From positions 46,529 through 110,528 of the forward strand of contig CAZMIM010000002.1 in NCBI GenBank assembly GCA_964566505.1: DNA of 64,000 nt. Direction: 5' to 3'. The notes beneath the pieces were generated by a model. That model made no database searches, was not told the origin of the DNA, and saw nothing but the letters and a program-made list of their open reading frames with translations. Positions 30,115 through 39,142 of the stretch are shown piece after piece. Position 1 is the first letter of the stretch. Every line of letters begins with the position of its first letter. The DNA comes from an uncultured Candidatus Saccharibacteria bacterium (lineage in GTDB: Bacteria > Patescibacteriota > Minisyncoccia > Phycocordibacterales > PCTT01). The position numbers and the translations under genes are program-made.

Positions 30115-32499
30115 CTACTCTATTTCTTTTAAGTCACCCCAGTGTGGCCCCACGCCAGCATTTGCAATAAATGTAATGCCCTCTGTGTCTTCTGTTGGAA
30201 TCACGTCCTCCATTATTTCTTTTAGTGCCTTTGCGTGCTTTTCTGCCTTTTCTGTTGGAATCTCAAAAACAAGCTCATCGTGCACCTGAAGAAGCATTTT
30301 TATTTCACCAGAAAGATCTTCTTTTTGAATATGCTCATCAATTTTTATCATTGCCCGCTTTATAATGTCTGCTTGCGTACCCTGAATTGGTGCATTTATT
30401 GCCATTCTTTCTGCTTGTGCACGCACAAATGGAAGTTTTGAATCAATTCCTTCAAAATATCTTCGTCTACCAAACAATGTTTCTGTGTATCCATTTTTAT
30501 GAGCAAATGCTTTTTGCTCATCTATAAATTTTGAAATACCAGTAAAAGTCTTGAAGTATCTGTCGTAGAAATCCCGTGCTTCTTTTTGTGTACTTCCAAT
30601 ATTTTTCTTCAAAGCATTTACACCCATCCCATAAAGAATTCCAAAGTTAATTGTTTTTGCTTTAGCACGCATTCCTTTATCAACCTCTTCAGGCGACACT
30701 CCAAACACCTCTGCAGCTACTTGTGAGTGAATATCCTCGTTGTTTTTAAATATCTCAAGAAGCTTCTCGTCTTTTGAAAGAACCGCTGCAATACGAAGCT
30801 CTATTTGAGAGTAGTCTATAGCCACCAAGCTAGATCCTTTGGGTGCAGTAAATGCATTTCTGATAATTCTTCCTTTCTCTGTACGAATTGGAATATTTTG
30901 TACATTTGGATTTTGTGATGAGAGCCTTCCTGTAGATGTTCCTGTTTGAACAAATGTAGCGTGGAGTCTGTCTTCTTCATCAAGTTGCTCGGGAAGGGTG
31001 TCTATATATGTAGAAAGTAGTTTTTGAAGCTCTCTATACTCAAGTATTTCTTTAATTATAGTGTGTTTATCAGATAGTTTTTGGAGCTCTGATTCACGTG
31101 TAGAATACGAGCCTGTAGAGGTCTTTTTTATCTTTGCATCTCCTTGTATCTGCATTTTCCCAAACAAGATTTCTCCAAGTTGTTTAGGAGAATTGAGGTT
31201 AAAAGTCTCACCTGCTTGTTTGAAAATGCTTGTTTGTATCTCGGCAAGCTCCTCATGATATTTCTTTGATATGTTTTTCAAAAAATCTTTGTCTATAAGT
31301 ACACCTTCTTTTGTCATCTTCTTTAAGATAGGTATGAGTGGCAACTCTATCTTTTCATACACATACATAAGTTGCTTTTCATGAAGCTCTTGGAGAATCT
31401 GCTCTTTTGCCTTTTTAAAGTCTCGAGTCGATGCGTAGCGTAATATGTCATCAAGTGTTGGGTTTGAGATTGTAGAATCCAAAAGCCAGAGAGCTATACC
31501 AACACGCTCAATCTCACCATCGTCTACCTTTTCTTTTATTTCGTTTAGACTTTGTTGCCTGGCTTTTCCTCTGTCCTCAAGAGAAAACATCTCCTCTACA
31601 CGAGCTCCGAGAGTTCTAAAAGTGAGCTCGTCAAAAAGGTTGAGAATATTTTCTGGAGATACTTCTTCTTTCCATTCTTTTTCTGGTAGAGAAAAATCAA
31701 CTGGTGCATCGAGACGAATTGTTGCAAGTGTTTTAGAAAAACGAGCGTCTTCTTCTCCTTCTTTTAGAAGGTTTATAATCCGTGGAGTAAGCCCCGCGCT
31801 CTTAAACGCTTCTTCGTCTTTAGCTAATTTTTTGTATATATCTTCAACAGAACCAAAAGAAGTAATAAGAGTTGTTGCTGTTTTTTCTCCAATCCCTTTA
31901 ATTCCTTTTATATTGTCTGATGGGTCACCCCGAAGACCTTTATAGTCAGGAAGAAGTTCAGGCCCAAAAGAAAATCTCTCTTCTACCGCATCTTCGTTGT
32001 ATATGATTGTGTCTTTTATGCCTCGTTTGAGAGTGTAAACACGCACCCTATCCCCTTTTACAAGCTGTAGTGTGTCCATATCACCTGAAGCAATCACCAC
32101 ATCGTGTTCTGTGTTGTTATGCAAATCATTTGCAATCGTCCCTAAAACATCATCTGCTTCAAAACCTTCTGCTTCATATATAGGAATAGAAAATGCCTCG
32201 AAAAGGTCTCTAGAACGATCTATTTGTGTCACCAAGGCGTCGTCTGTTTCTTTTCTGCCCGCTTTATATTCTTCATAAACTTCGTGCCTGTGTGTTGGAC
32301 CTTTTAGATCAAAGGTTGCAATAATATAGTCAGGCTTTAGCTCACCAATAATTTTAATAAGCATTGTTGAAAGCCCAAAAAGCGCACCTGTTGGCTCTCC
32401 TGTGTTTGAAACAAAGTCAGGAAGTGCGTGGTATGCACGATGAATGATTGCGTGTGTGTCTAAAATAACTATTGTTTTTTTCTCTTTCTTTTTAGCCAT
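30115..32499 (-). CDS. polA: DNA polymerase I (5' nuclease plus family A polymerase domain)
   Basis: 5'-nuclease motifs (ILDTHAIIHRAYHAL, GIKGIGEKTA) and Pol A motifs (DYSQIELRI, RAKAKTINFGILYGMG, QVHDELVFE). The start is placed at MAKKKEKK. Confidence 0.92.
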   Translation of the reverse strand: MAKKKEKKTIVILDTHAIIHRAYHALPDFVSNTGEPTGALFGLSTMLIKIIGELKPDYIIATFDLKGPTHRHEVYEEYKAGRKETDDALVTQIDRSRDLFEAFSIPIYEAEGFEADDVLGTIANDLHNNTEHDVVIASGDMDTLQLVKGDRVRVYTLKRGIKDTIIYNEDAVEERFSFGPELLPDYKGLRGDPSDNIKGIKGIGEKTATTLITSFGSVEDIYKKLAKDEEAFKSAGLTPRIINLLKEGEEDARFSKTLATIRLDAPVDFSLPEKEWKEEVSPENILNLFDELTFRTLGARVEEMFSLEDRGKARQQSLNEIKEKVDDGEIERVGIALWLLDSTISNPTLDDILRYASTRDFKKAKEQILQELHEKQLMYVYEKIELPLIPILKKMTKEGVLIDKDFLKNISKKYHEELAEIQTSIFKQAGETFNLNSPKQLGEILFGKMQIQGDAKIKKTSTGSYSTRESELQKLSDKHTIIKEILEYRELQKLLSTYIDTLPEQLDEEDRLHATFVQTGTSTGRLSSQNPNVQNIPIRTEKGRIIRNAFTAPKGSSLVAIDYSQIELRIAAVLSKDEKLLEIFKNNEDIHSQVAAEVFGVSPEEVDKGMRAKAKTINFGILYGMGVNALKKNIGSTQKEARDFYDRYFKTFTGISKFIDEQKAFAHKNGYTETLFGRRRYFEGIDSKLPFVRAQAERMAINAPIQGTQADIIKRAMIKIDEHIQKEDLSGEIKMLLQVHDELVFEIPTEKAEKHAKALKEIMEDVIPTEDTEGITFIANAGVGPHWGDLKEIE

Positions 32500-32929
32500 T
32501 GTGTGTATATGTAATTTCGCGTGCTGTTTCATTTAAATGAGCAAAAGAAAGACAGTGCGCATTCTCTGGTATTGCATCTTTTATCTTTTCTGGCCATTCA
32601 ATAAATATAATTGTTTTGGAATCTAGTAATAATTTATCCCAACCAAGACTTTTGATGTCTTCTGAGTCCTCAAGACGATAAGCGTCTATGTGAACAAGCT
32701 TGTCAAAAGGCTTGTTTGTGAGAGGGTATGTTTTTTGTATTACAAATGTGGGGCTTGTTATAGGTTCTTTGATACCAAAATATGTTCCCACGGATTGAGT
32801 AAAAGTAGTTTTTCCTGAGCCTAAATCACCTGAAAGCGCTACAACAGTTGCACCCTCTTTTGGCTGTAGTTTTTCACAAAAATCTTGTGCAAATTCTTCT
32901 ATATCCTCTCGTTCTATCACCTTTTTCAT
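32492..32929 (-). CDS. tsaE: tRNA t6A biosynthesis ATPase TsaE (YjeE)
   Basis: GDLGSGKTTFTQ P-loop, SPTF, and HIDAYRL. 145 aa. Confidence 0.85.
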   Translation of the reverse strand: MKKVIEREDIEEFAQDFCEKLQPKEGATVVALSGDLGSGKTTFTQSVGTYFGIKEPITSPTFVIQKTYPLTNKPFDKLVHIDAYRLEDSEDIKSLGWDKLLLDSKTIIFIEWPEKIKDAIPENAHCLSFAHLNETAREITYTHNG

Positions 32930-33071
32930 CCCGTAGTAAAAAATTAGTTTGATTAATTAGACAAGTTGGTTTCGACACAACCAAGTCTATCTCTCATTTC
33001 CCGTAAGTATGTCTAATTAATCTCTGTTGAAGTAGTTAGCACTACTTCAACGAACTAATTTATACTACGGG
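32930..33071 (-). promoter_or_regulatory. Structured 5' element X2: three-way junction whose outer helix abuts the tsaE start codon
   Basis: P1 is CCCGTAGTA..AAATTAGTT (32930-32949) with AACTAATTT.TACTACGGG (33053-33071). P2 is a perfect 13 bp, GATTAATTAGACA/TGTCTAATTAATC. P3 is a perfect 10 bp, GTTGAAGTAG/CTACTTCAAC. There is an internal near-copy, CCCGTAAGTA. Confidence 0.5.
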
Positions 33072-33099
33072 ATTCATACATAAATAGTACCACGAAAAG

Positions 33100-33135
33100 A
33101 AAAAAGGCCGACGAAATTGGATTTCGTCGGCCTTT
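33100..33135 (-). terminator. Intrinsic terminator of the lipoprotein gene
   Basis: Minus strand AAAGGCCGACGAAAT-CCAA-TTTCGTCGGCC followed by TTTTTTC. Confidence 0.7.
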
Positions 33136-33152
33136 CATGGTTTCTTCTACTA

Positions 33153-33587
33153 CTAGTAAGGCGTGACCTTAACTCCCAGCAGACCGTTGTAGTGGCGATA
33201 AACGCTCACATCAACCATTGCGCACCCTGAATTTCTGTCGAAGCGGCTTGCTTTAACAGATACAGGATCGGCGCGGACAGTTCGATTTTCCGAATCAATG
33301 AGATTCACATAGACATTCACTCGCGCGTCTGCTATGTACCTCCCATATTCATCAGAGAGCCTGTCTCTGTCGATGGTATGGCGTGAGTAACCAAGATACG
33401 GCACATTGACAAAATTGTCCTCCTGGCCGGTCTTGGCACGAACTGTCATCCCTTCCTCGGTTGAGTTGAAGACTTCTACGCACCCAGCGTAATGGGCGTC
33501 GAAATATCCCCCTTCTTCAGTGAGAGAGTCAACGACACCGCACCCTGTCAAAAACACAACAGAGCAGATCAAGAAAATACGTTTCAT
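33153..33587 (-). CDS. Lipoprotein of unknown function; compositionally GC-rich
   Basis: MKRIFLICSVVFLTGC is a lipobox (L-T-G-C). The start is placed at this Met. A TTGACA-18-TATAAT promoter lies upstream. G+C is visibly higher than in the neighbours. Confidence 0.6.
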   Translation of the reverse strand: MKRIFLICSVVFLTGCGVVDSLTEEGGYFDAHYAGCVEVFNSTEEGMTVRAKTGQEDNFVNVPYLGYSRHTIDRDRLSDEYGRYIADARVNVYVNLIDSENRTVRADPVSVKASRFDRNSGCAMVDVSVYRHYNGLLGVKVTPY

Positions 33588-33716
33588 CGTATTATGCTCT
33601 AAAGAGCGGTTGGTGATACTTCTATATATATTATACCATTTTATATACCTATTTGTCAAGAACGACTATATAGCTTCTATCCCCTATTTAAGCCACATAA
33701 TCCACTTGGCTAATGT

Positions 33717-33722
33717 TACAAT
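33717..33722 (+). promoter_or_regulatory. -10 box (TACAAT) 8 nt upstream of the pilB ATG
   Basis: GTTACAATAggcttatATG; same box and spacing as the pilin gene. Confidence 0.4.
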
Positions 33723-33730
33723 AGGCTTAT

Positions 33731-35410
33731 ATGGTTGAGTTCAACGAAGAAGAACATATTAAAAAACTACAACAAATACGCTCTCAAGAGGAAGAGGATT
33801 TGGCGCGGGTGCTTTCAGAGAAATATGGAGTTTCATACGCAGACCTTTCTGGTATAGGAATCGATACAGACGCTCTTAAAATGGTTCCGGAAGAAACTTC
33901 TAGGGAAAATGAAGTTGCTCTTTTTGATATTGTAGGAAAAAAGCTGGCGCTTGCCGCTCGCTCACCCCAAAAGGAATCTACTAAGAAAATGATCTCTGAA
34001 CTACAGTCAAAAGGATACGAAGTGACTGTATATATGGTGTCTCAAAAAAGTCTTGAGAAAGCGTGGGGGCGATACAAAGACATAAACTTTACCACAGAAA
34101 CCTCTGTAGGTCTTTTGGATATATCAAATGAAGAAATTGAGTCGTTTGTAGAAAAACACAAAACACCAGACGAGGTTCGAACGCTTATACAAGAAGTTCT
34201 TTCTCTAAAAAAGGGTCAGAGAGTTACAAGAATAGTTGAGACTATTGTTGCAGGAGGAATCGCACTCTCAGCATCAGATGTTCATATTGAACCACAAGAT
34301 GATGAGGTTGAAATAAGAATGCGTCTTGATGGTATCTTGGTGCCATTTATTTCTTTTGACTATGACACCTACAAACTTCTTCTATCTAGAGTAAAACTTC
34401 TTTCAGGTCTAAAGCTAAATATTACCGAGAATGCACAAGACGGAAGATTTAGTATCCATATAGCAGATACAGAGATCGAAATCCGAACATCAATACTTCC
34501 AGGAAACTATGGTGAGTCTATTGTGCTTCGTATCCTAAACCCAGACACAATATCACTTGAGCTATCTGACTTGGGAATGAGTGATGTTCTGCAAGAGCAA
34601 GTTAAAAAAGATCTTGCTCGACCAAATGGAATGATCTTAAACACAGGACCAACGGGCTCAGGAAAGACAACCACACTTTACGCATTCCTCAAACACATAT
34701 ACAAACCGGGTATTAAAATCATAACCATTGAGGACCCTATCGAATATCACCTTGAAGGGATCACACAAACACAAGTTGATCGCTCAAAAGGCTACACATT
34801 CCTAGAGGGCTTGCGAAGCGCTCTTCGACAAGACCCTGATGTAATCATGGTTGGTGAGATTAGAGATGAGGAAACCGCAAAAACTGCTGTGAATGCCGCC
34901 CTCACAGGACACCTCGTGCTATCAACCCTTCACACAAACAACGCATCGGGCACTTTCCCACGCCTTGTAGACCTTGGGGTAAATCCTCACACACTTGGCT
35001 CTGCTCTTCAGTTAGTAATTGCCCAACGACTTGTAAGAAAAATTCGGCCTGAGTGCAAAACATCTGTTCCAACAAATGAATCTGATCGTGAATTAATACA
35101 AAAAACACTCAATTCACTTTCTGCAAAAGACCAGAGCACACAAACACTCGATCCTCTGACTGTTTCTGATATAAAAAATGAGTGTGCCTCTCGTGATGAT
35201 GGTGGGTACAGTGGTCGTGTCGGTATCTTTGAAGCAATACACATGGATACAGGGCTTGAAGAACTTCTTAAAAACTCTCCTGGCGAACGAGAGGTGGCAC
35301 AATCCCCTTCTGTTTCAAAAAATATAACACTCCAAGAAGACGGAGTTCGAAAGGTTCTCGAAGGAGTTACAACACTCGAGGAACTTCGTCGTGTTGTGGA
35401 CGTATCATAA
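33731..35410 (+). CDS. pilB: Type IV pilus assembly ATPase PilB (GspE family)
   Basis: 559-aa ORF. Walker A GPTGSGKTTT, the Asp and His boxes (IITIEDPIEY, MVGEIRD, GHLVLSTLHTN), and an N-terminal GSPII_E_N-like region. Confidence 0.9.
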   Translation: MVEFNEEEHIKKLQQIRSQEEEDLARVLSEKYGVSYADLSGIGIDTDALKMVPEETSRENEVALFDIVGKKLALAARSPQKESTKKMISELQSKGYEVTVYMVSQKSLEKAWGRYKDINFTTETSVGLLDISNEEIESFVEKHKTPDEVRTLIQEVLSLKKGQRVTRIVETIVAGGIALSASDVHIEPQDDEVEIRMRLDGILVPFISFDYDTYKLLLSRVKLLSGLKLNITENAQDGRFSIHIADTEIEIRTSILPGNYGESIVLRILNPDTISLELSDLGMSDVLQEQVKKDLARPNGMILNTGPTGSGKTTTLYAFLKHIYKPGIKIITIEDPIEYHLEGITQTQVDRSKGYTFLEGLRSALRQDPDVIMVGEIRDEETAKTAVNAALTGHLVLSTLHTNNASGTFPRLVDLGVNPHTLGSALQLVIAQRLVRKIRPECKTSVPTNESDRELIQKTLNSLSAKDQSTQTLDPLTVSDIKNECASRDDGGYSGRVGIFEAIHMDTGLEELLKNSPGEREVAQSPSVSKNITLQEDGVRKVLEGVTTLEELRRVVDVS

Positions 35411-35543
35411 GGCTTGTTTGACATAGCCGAGTCACAATTTTGTGCTGGTTGTTTGTCGTGGTCTTTCAATTACTTGTGTGTATAATCGAATACAGAGAAA
35501 CAAAACAAAAAACACCCGCGTTAACGGATGTTTGTTCCTTCAA

Positions 35544-35686
35544 TCGAACACATAAACCTCTAAGTAATGCTAGATGCAAGAAATAGCCCTATGTTTTCTA
35601 AGGATAGAGTCAGTTTATATATAAAAAATATACATACCCAATTCGTCCTCGAAAGCCATAAATTACTTAGAGGTTTATATGTTTGA
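35544..35686. repeat. 143-nt element closed by a 25-bp inverted repeat (structured RNA or miniature inverted-repeat element)
   Basis: TCGAACACATAAACCTCTAAGTAAT (35544-35568) pairs with ATTACTTAGAGGTTTATATGTTTGA (35662-35686). There are 23 Watson-Crick pairs, including an uninterrupted 15 bp. Confidence 0.4.
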
Positions 35687-35773
35687 TTTTCAAAATATCT
35701 CTCAACAAAAGCGTTTTATTGCTGTTGCAGATCTCACAAGAAATCGGGTAAAGTTTAGCATAAAATAGATATC

Positions 35774-36808
35774 ATGTCAATACCCTCAAACAACCCGTCT
35801 CAAGAGCCCAAAAACGACACTGTTTCAATGTCTTTGGACTCAACATTGCGCCCACACACATGGGATGACTATGTAGGACAAGAAACAATCAAGAAAAACC
35901 TAAAAATACTATTAAAGGCAGCCCAAGAACGTGGTCACGTGCCCGAACACCTGCTGTTTTATGGGCCCCCTGGACTTGGCAAAACCACTCTTGCTCATCT
36001 TATTGCAAAAGAGTTTGGTGCACAGATGAAAATCACCTCAGGACCTGCGATTGAAAAGGTTGGAGACCTTGCTTCTATACTTACAAACCTCTCGCCAGGA
36101 GACATTTTATTTATAGATGAGATACACAGACTTAATAAATCTATTGAGGAGGTACTCTACCCCGCTATGGAGTCACGGGTTCTCGATATTATTATTGGCA
36201 AAGGCCCATCTGCACGAACAATCCAGCTTGAGCTTCCTCCTTTTACACTTATTGCAGCAACAACACAGATAGCACTTCTCTCTTCCCCCCTTCGTTCTCG
36301 ATTTTCTGGTGGTGTATTTCGACTTGAGTTTTATACAGAAGAAGAAATAGCACGAATACTCTCACGGTCTTCTAATTTACTTAATATAGAGACAGACAAA
36401 GAAGCACTTTCTGAAATTTCTAAACGAAGCAGGTTCACTCCACGAACGGCAAACTACTTTTTGAAGAGATGTCGTGACTTTGCTCAAGTTCACAAAGAAT
36501 CAATGTCTCCTGATGTTGTTGTAAAAGCGCTTTCACTTCTTGAGATTGACGAGAAAGGTCTTAATGCGTACGACAGAAAGATACTTGAAATGATTATAGA
36601 TACTTTTGGGGGCGGGCCTGTAGGTCTTGGGACACTAGCAGCAGCAATCTCTGAAGAACGCTCTACTCTTGAAGAGGTTCATGAACCTTATTTAATGAGA
36701 CTTGGTTTTATAGAACGAACACCAAGGGGTCGTGTAGCAACACCACGTGGCTATGAGCATTTAGGATATACAATACCTCAAGATTCCCAGAAATCTCTTG
36801 ATTTGTAA
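35774..36808 (+). CDS. ruvB: Holliday junction DNA helicase RuvB
   Basis: Walker A GPPGLGKTT, Walker B FIDEIHRL, and full-length RuvB similarity. Confidence 0.95.
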   Translation: MSIPSNNPSQEPKNDTVSMSLDSTLRPHTWDDYVGQETIKKNLKILLKAAQERGHVPEHLLFYGPPGLGKTTLAHLIAKEFGAQMKITSGPAIEKVGDLASILTNLSPGDILFIDEIHRLNKSIEEVLYPAMESRVLDIIIGKGPSARTIQLELPPFTLIAATTQIALLSSPLRSRFSGGVFRLEFYTEEEIARILSRSSNLLNIETDKEALSEISKRSRFTPRTANYFLKRCRDFAQVHKESMSPDVVVKALSLLEIDEKGLNAYDRKILEMIIDTFGGGPVGLGTLAAAISEERSTLEEVHEPYLMRLGFIERTPRGRVATPRGYEHLGYTIPQDSQKSLDL

Positions 36809-36848
36809 GCTTGTTTTCTATAATCTATTTTTAAATAACAAATAAAAA

Positions 36849-37379
36849 ATGGCAGGACATAATAAATGGTCAAAAATTAAACATAAAAAAGCGGCAACCG
36901 ACGCACAAAAGAGCAAGATTTTTTCAAAACTTGTTCGTCTTATTCAGGTTGAGTCAAAAAGATGTGGTGGAGATGAGAACGATCCAGGACTAAGAGCAGT
37001 AATTGATAAAGCAAAGAAAGAAAACATGCCTAAAGACAACATCGAGCGCGCAATTAAAAAGGGCGCTGGTGGTGATTCAAGCGATTTAGAAAAGATTACA
37101 TACGAAAGCTATGGCCCAGGAGGTGTTGCTATGATTATTGAAGTTCTTACTGACAGCAGAAACCGAGCTGCCGCAGAAATACGACATATTCTTTCAAAAA
37201 ACAACCTAGAACTTGCAAGTCCTGGATCTGCAACATGGGCGTTTGAAAGATCTGGAACAGACTGGGTTCCTCACACAAACACACCACTCTCAGATGAAGA
37301 TATTGAAAAGCTGTCTGTTGTTGTAGAGGCGCTTGAAGAACACGACGACGTCCAAGAAGTCTTCACTAACGCAGAATAA
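36849..37379 (+). CDS. yebC: YebC/PmpR-family protein (short, 176 aa)
   Basis: MAGHNKWSKIKHKKAATDAQKSKIFSKL... is the canonical YebC N-terminus. It lies between ruvB and ruvC. Confidence 0.85.
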   Translation: MAGHNKWSKIKHKKAATDAQKSKIFSKLVRLIQVESKRCGGDENDPGLRAVIDKAKKENMPKDNIERAIKKGAGGDSSDLEKITYESYGPGGVAMIIEVLTDSRNRAAAEIRHILSKNNLELASPGSATWAFERSGTDWVPHTNTPLSDEDIEKLSVVVEALEEHDDVQEVFTNAE

Positions 37380-37855
37380 TGCGCGTTATTGCTTTTGACC
37401 CTGGATACGATAGATGTGGGGTCGCTATTTTAGAGAAACAAAAAGGAAAAGAGGTTGTTTTGTTTTCAGGTTGTATAGAAACAAACAGAAAGGATTCTTT
37501 AGATGTTCGTGTTTCTGATATAGGAAAAGAGGTCGAGGAGCTTATTTTAAAACATAAACCCTCTCACCTTGCTCTTGAAACACTCTTTTTTAATATAAAC
37601 AAAAAGACGGCAATTGATGTTGCCCAAGCACGAGGTGTTTTGCTTTACCTTGGTGGCAAACATAGTCTTCGTGTTTGTGAATACACACCTTCTGCAATAA
37701 AAGTTGCTGTTACAGGACACGGTAGAAGCGATAAAAAGCAGATTATTTCAATGATTCCTCGCTTAGTTTCAATAGAAAAGAAAATACAACACGACGACGA
37801 ATGGGATGCCATCGCGGTGGGTATTACATGTATTGCGAGTGAAAAAGAGTATTAA
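37379..37855 (+). CDS. ruvC: Crossover junction endodeoxyribonuclease RuvC
   Basis: MRVIAFDPGYDRCGVAIL...LALETLFFN...AIKVAVTGHGRSDK.Q...M are the RuvC catalytic segments. Confidence 0.9.
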   Translation: MRVIAFDPGYDRCGVAILEKQKGKEVVLFSGCIETNRKDSLDVRVSDIGKEVEELILKHKPSHLALETLFFNINKKTAIDVAQARGVLLYLGGKHSLRVCEYTPSAIKVAVTGHGRSDKKQIISMIPRLVSIEKKIQHDDEWDAIAVGITCIASEKEY

Positions 37856-39042
37856 GAAATAACAACTTTAATAAAGCGTGTTTTCCCTATTTTGTATACA
37901 CCACTTTCTTGAATGGTGTATTTTTTGTTTGTTATTTTTTCGTTATTGTCTGTATTTTTTACAGCCCCTTGATCAACCAGTCTATTGAATTCTGATTTTG
38001 ATGAAACAAGTTCTTTCTTAAGAGCAACATCACAAAGCATAGCCCCTTTTTCTACACTTACTTCTTCTATGTCTTCTGGTACACCACCTTGAGCAAATGT
38101 ATTCTCAAAATCGTCTCGTGCATTATCAGCATCTTTTGAAGAGTGATAAAAAGAAACAATTTCGTGAGCTAGTCTAACTTTTAGGTCTTTTGGGTTTACT
38201 CCGCTTTCAAGGTCTTTTTTGACCTCCTCAACCTCTTGTATAGACACAAAAGTTAACAGCTCAAAACCAGACACAATCATGTCATCACTCCAGCTCATTA
38301 TTTTTCCAAACATTTCTTGTGGGGAGTCTTGGAACGTAACCATGTTACCTGTTGTCTTCCCCATTTTTTTACCTTCTTTATCCGCAAAGAGTTTTGTGGT
38401 TATCACAAACTTCTCTTTATCACTCATTTGCTTCATAAGCGTTCGCCCTGCAAGCATATTAAATGTTTGATCATTGCCTCCAATTTCTCCATCAACATCC
38501 ATATGTACGCTGTCATACCCTTGCATAAGAGGATACATAAACTCATGAATATATAGAGGTGTTCCAGAGTCAATTCTTCGCTTAAACAGGTCTCGTTTAA
38601 TCATTTGCTCAACAGTAAAGTGAGATGCAATGTTTATAACATCAGAAAAAGATAGTTTCGAAAGCCATTTATTGTTGTTTTTTAGTATTGCTTTATTTCT
38701 ACCAGAAAAAGATAGAAATTTTGACGCTTGTTTTTTGTATAGTCGAGCATTTTCTTTTACCAACTTAGGAGTAAGTCGTTCTCGAACCTCTGTTTTATCA
38801 GGATCTCCTGAGAGCGCTGTAAAATCTCCAATAAGAAGGATAATCTCATGTCCCATGTCTTGAAGTTCTTTTAGTTTTTTCAAAACAATCGCGTGTCCGA
38901 AATGAAGCGTTGGACCTGTTGGATCAATGCCGAGATACACCTTCAACCTCTTACCTGAAGTAAGCTCTTTTTCTACAAACTCTTTGTTTGGATATACATT
39001 CTCGACTCCTCGAGAAAGAAACTCTTCTATATTGGTCTTCAT
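37852..39042 (-). CDS. tyrS: Tyrosyl-tRNA synthetase
   Basis: HIGH-type motif (TLHFGH), KMSKS-type motif (KMGKT), and a C-terminal S4-like domain. The start is placed at MKTNIEEF. Confidence 0.9.
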   Translation of the reverse strand: MKTNIEEFLSRGVENVYPNKEFVEKELTSGKRLKVYLGIDPTGPTLHFGHAIVLKKLKELQDMGHEIILLIGDFTALSGDPDKTEVRERLTPKLVKENARLYKKQASKFLSFSGRNKAILKNNNKWLSKLSFSDVINIASHFTVEQMIKRDLFKRRIDSGTPLYIHEFMYPLMQGYDSVHMDVDGEIGGNDQTFNMLAGRTLMKQMSDKEKFVITTKLFADKEGKKMGKTTGNMVTFQDSPQEMFGKIMSWSDDMIVSGFELLTFVSIQEVEEVKKDLESGVNPKDLKVRLAHEIVSFYHSSKDADNARDDFENTFAQGGVPEDIEEVSVEKGAMLCDVALKKELVSSKSEFNRLVDQGAVKNTDNNEKITNKKYTIQESGVYKIGKTRFIKVVIS

Positions 39043-39142
39043 AATTGTTATTTTAGAATATATATGTATCATACCAAACCACAGAAAATCGTGTATCTTG
39101 TACTGAAATATCATTCATTGCGATGTATACTTAACACTACAT

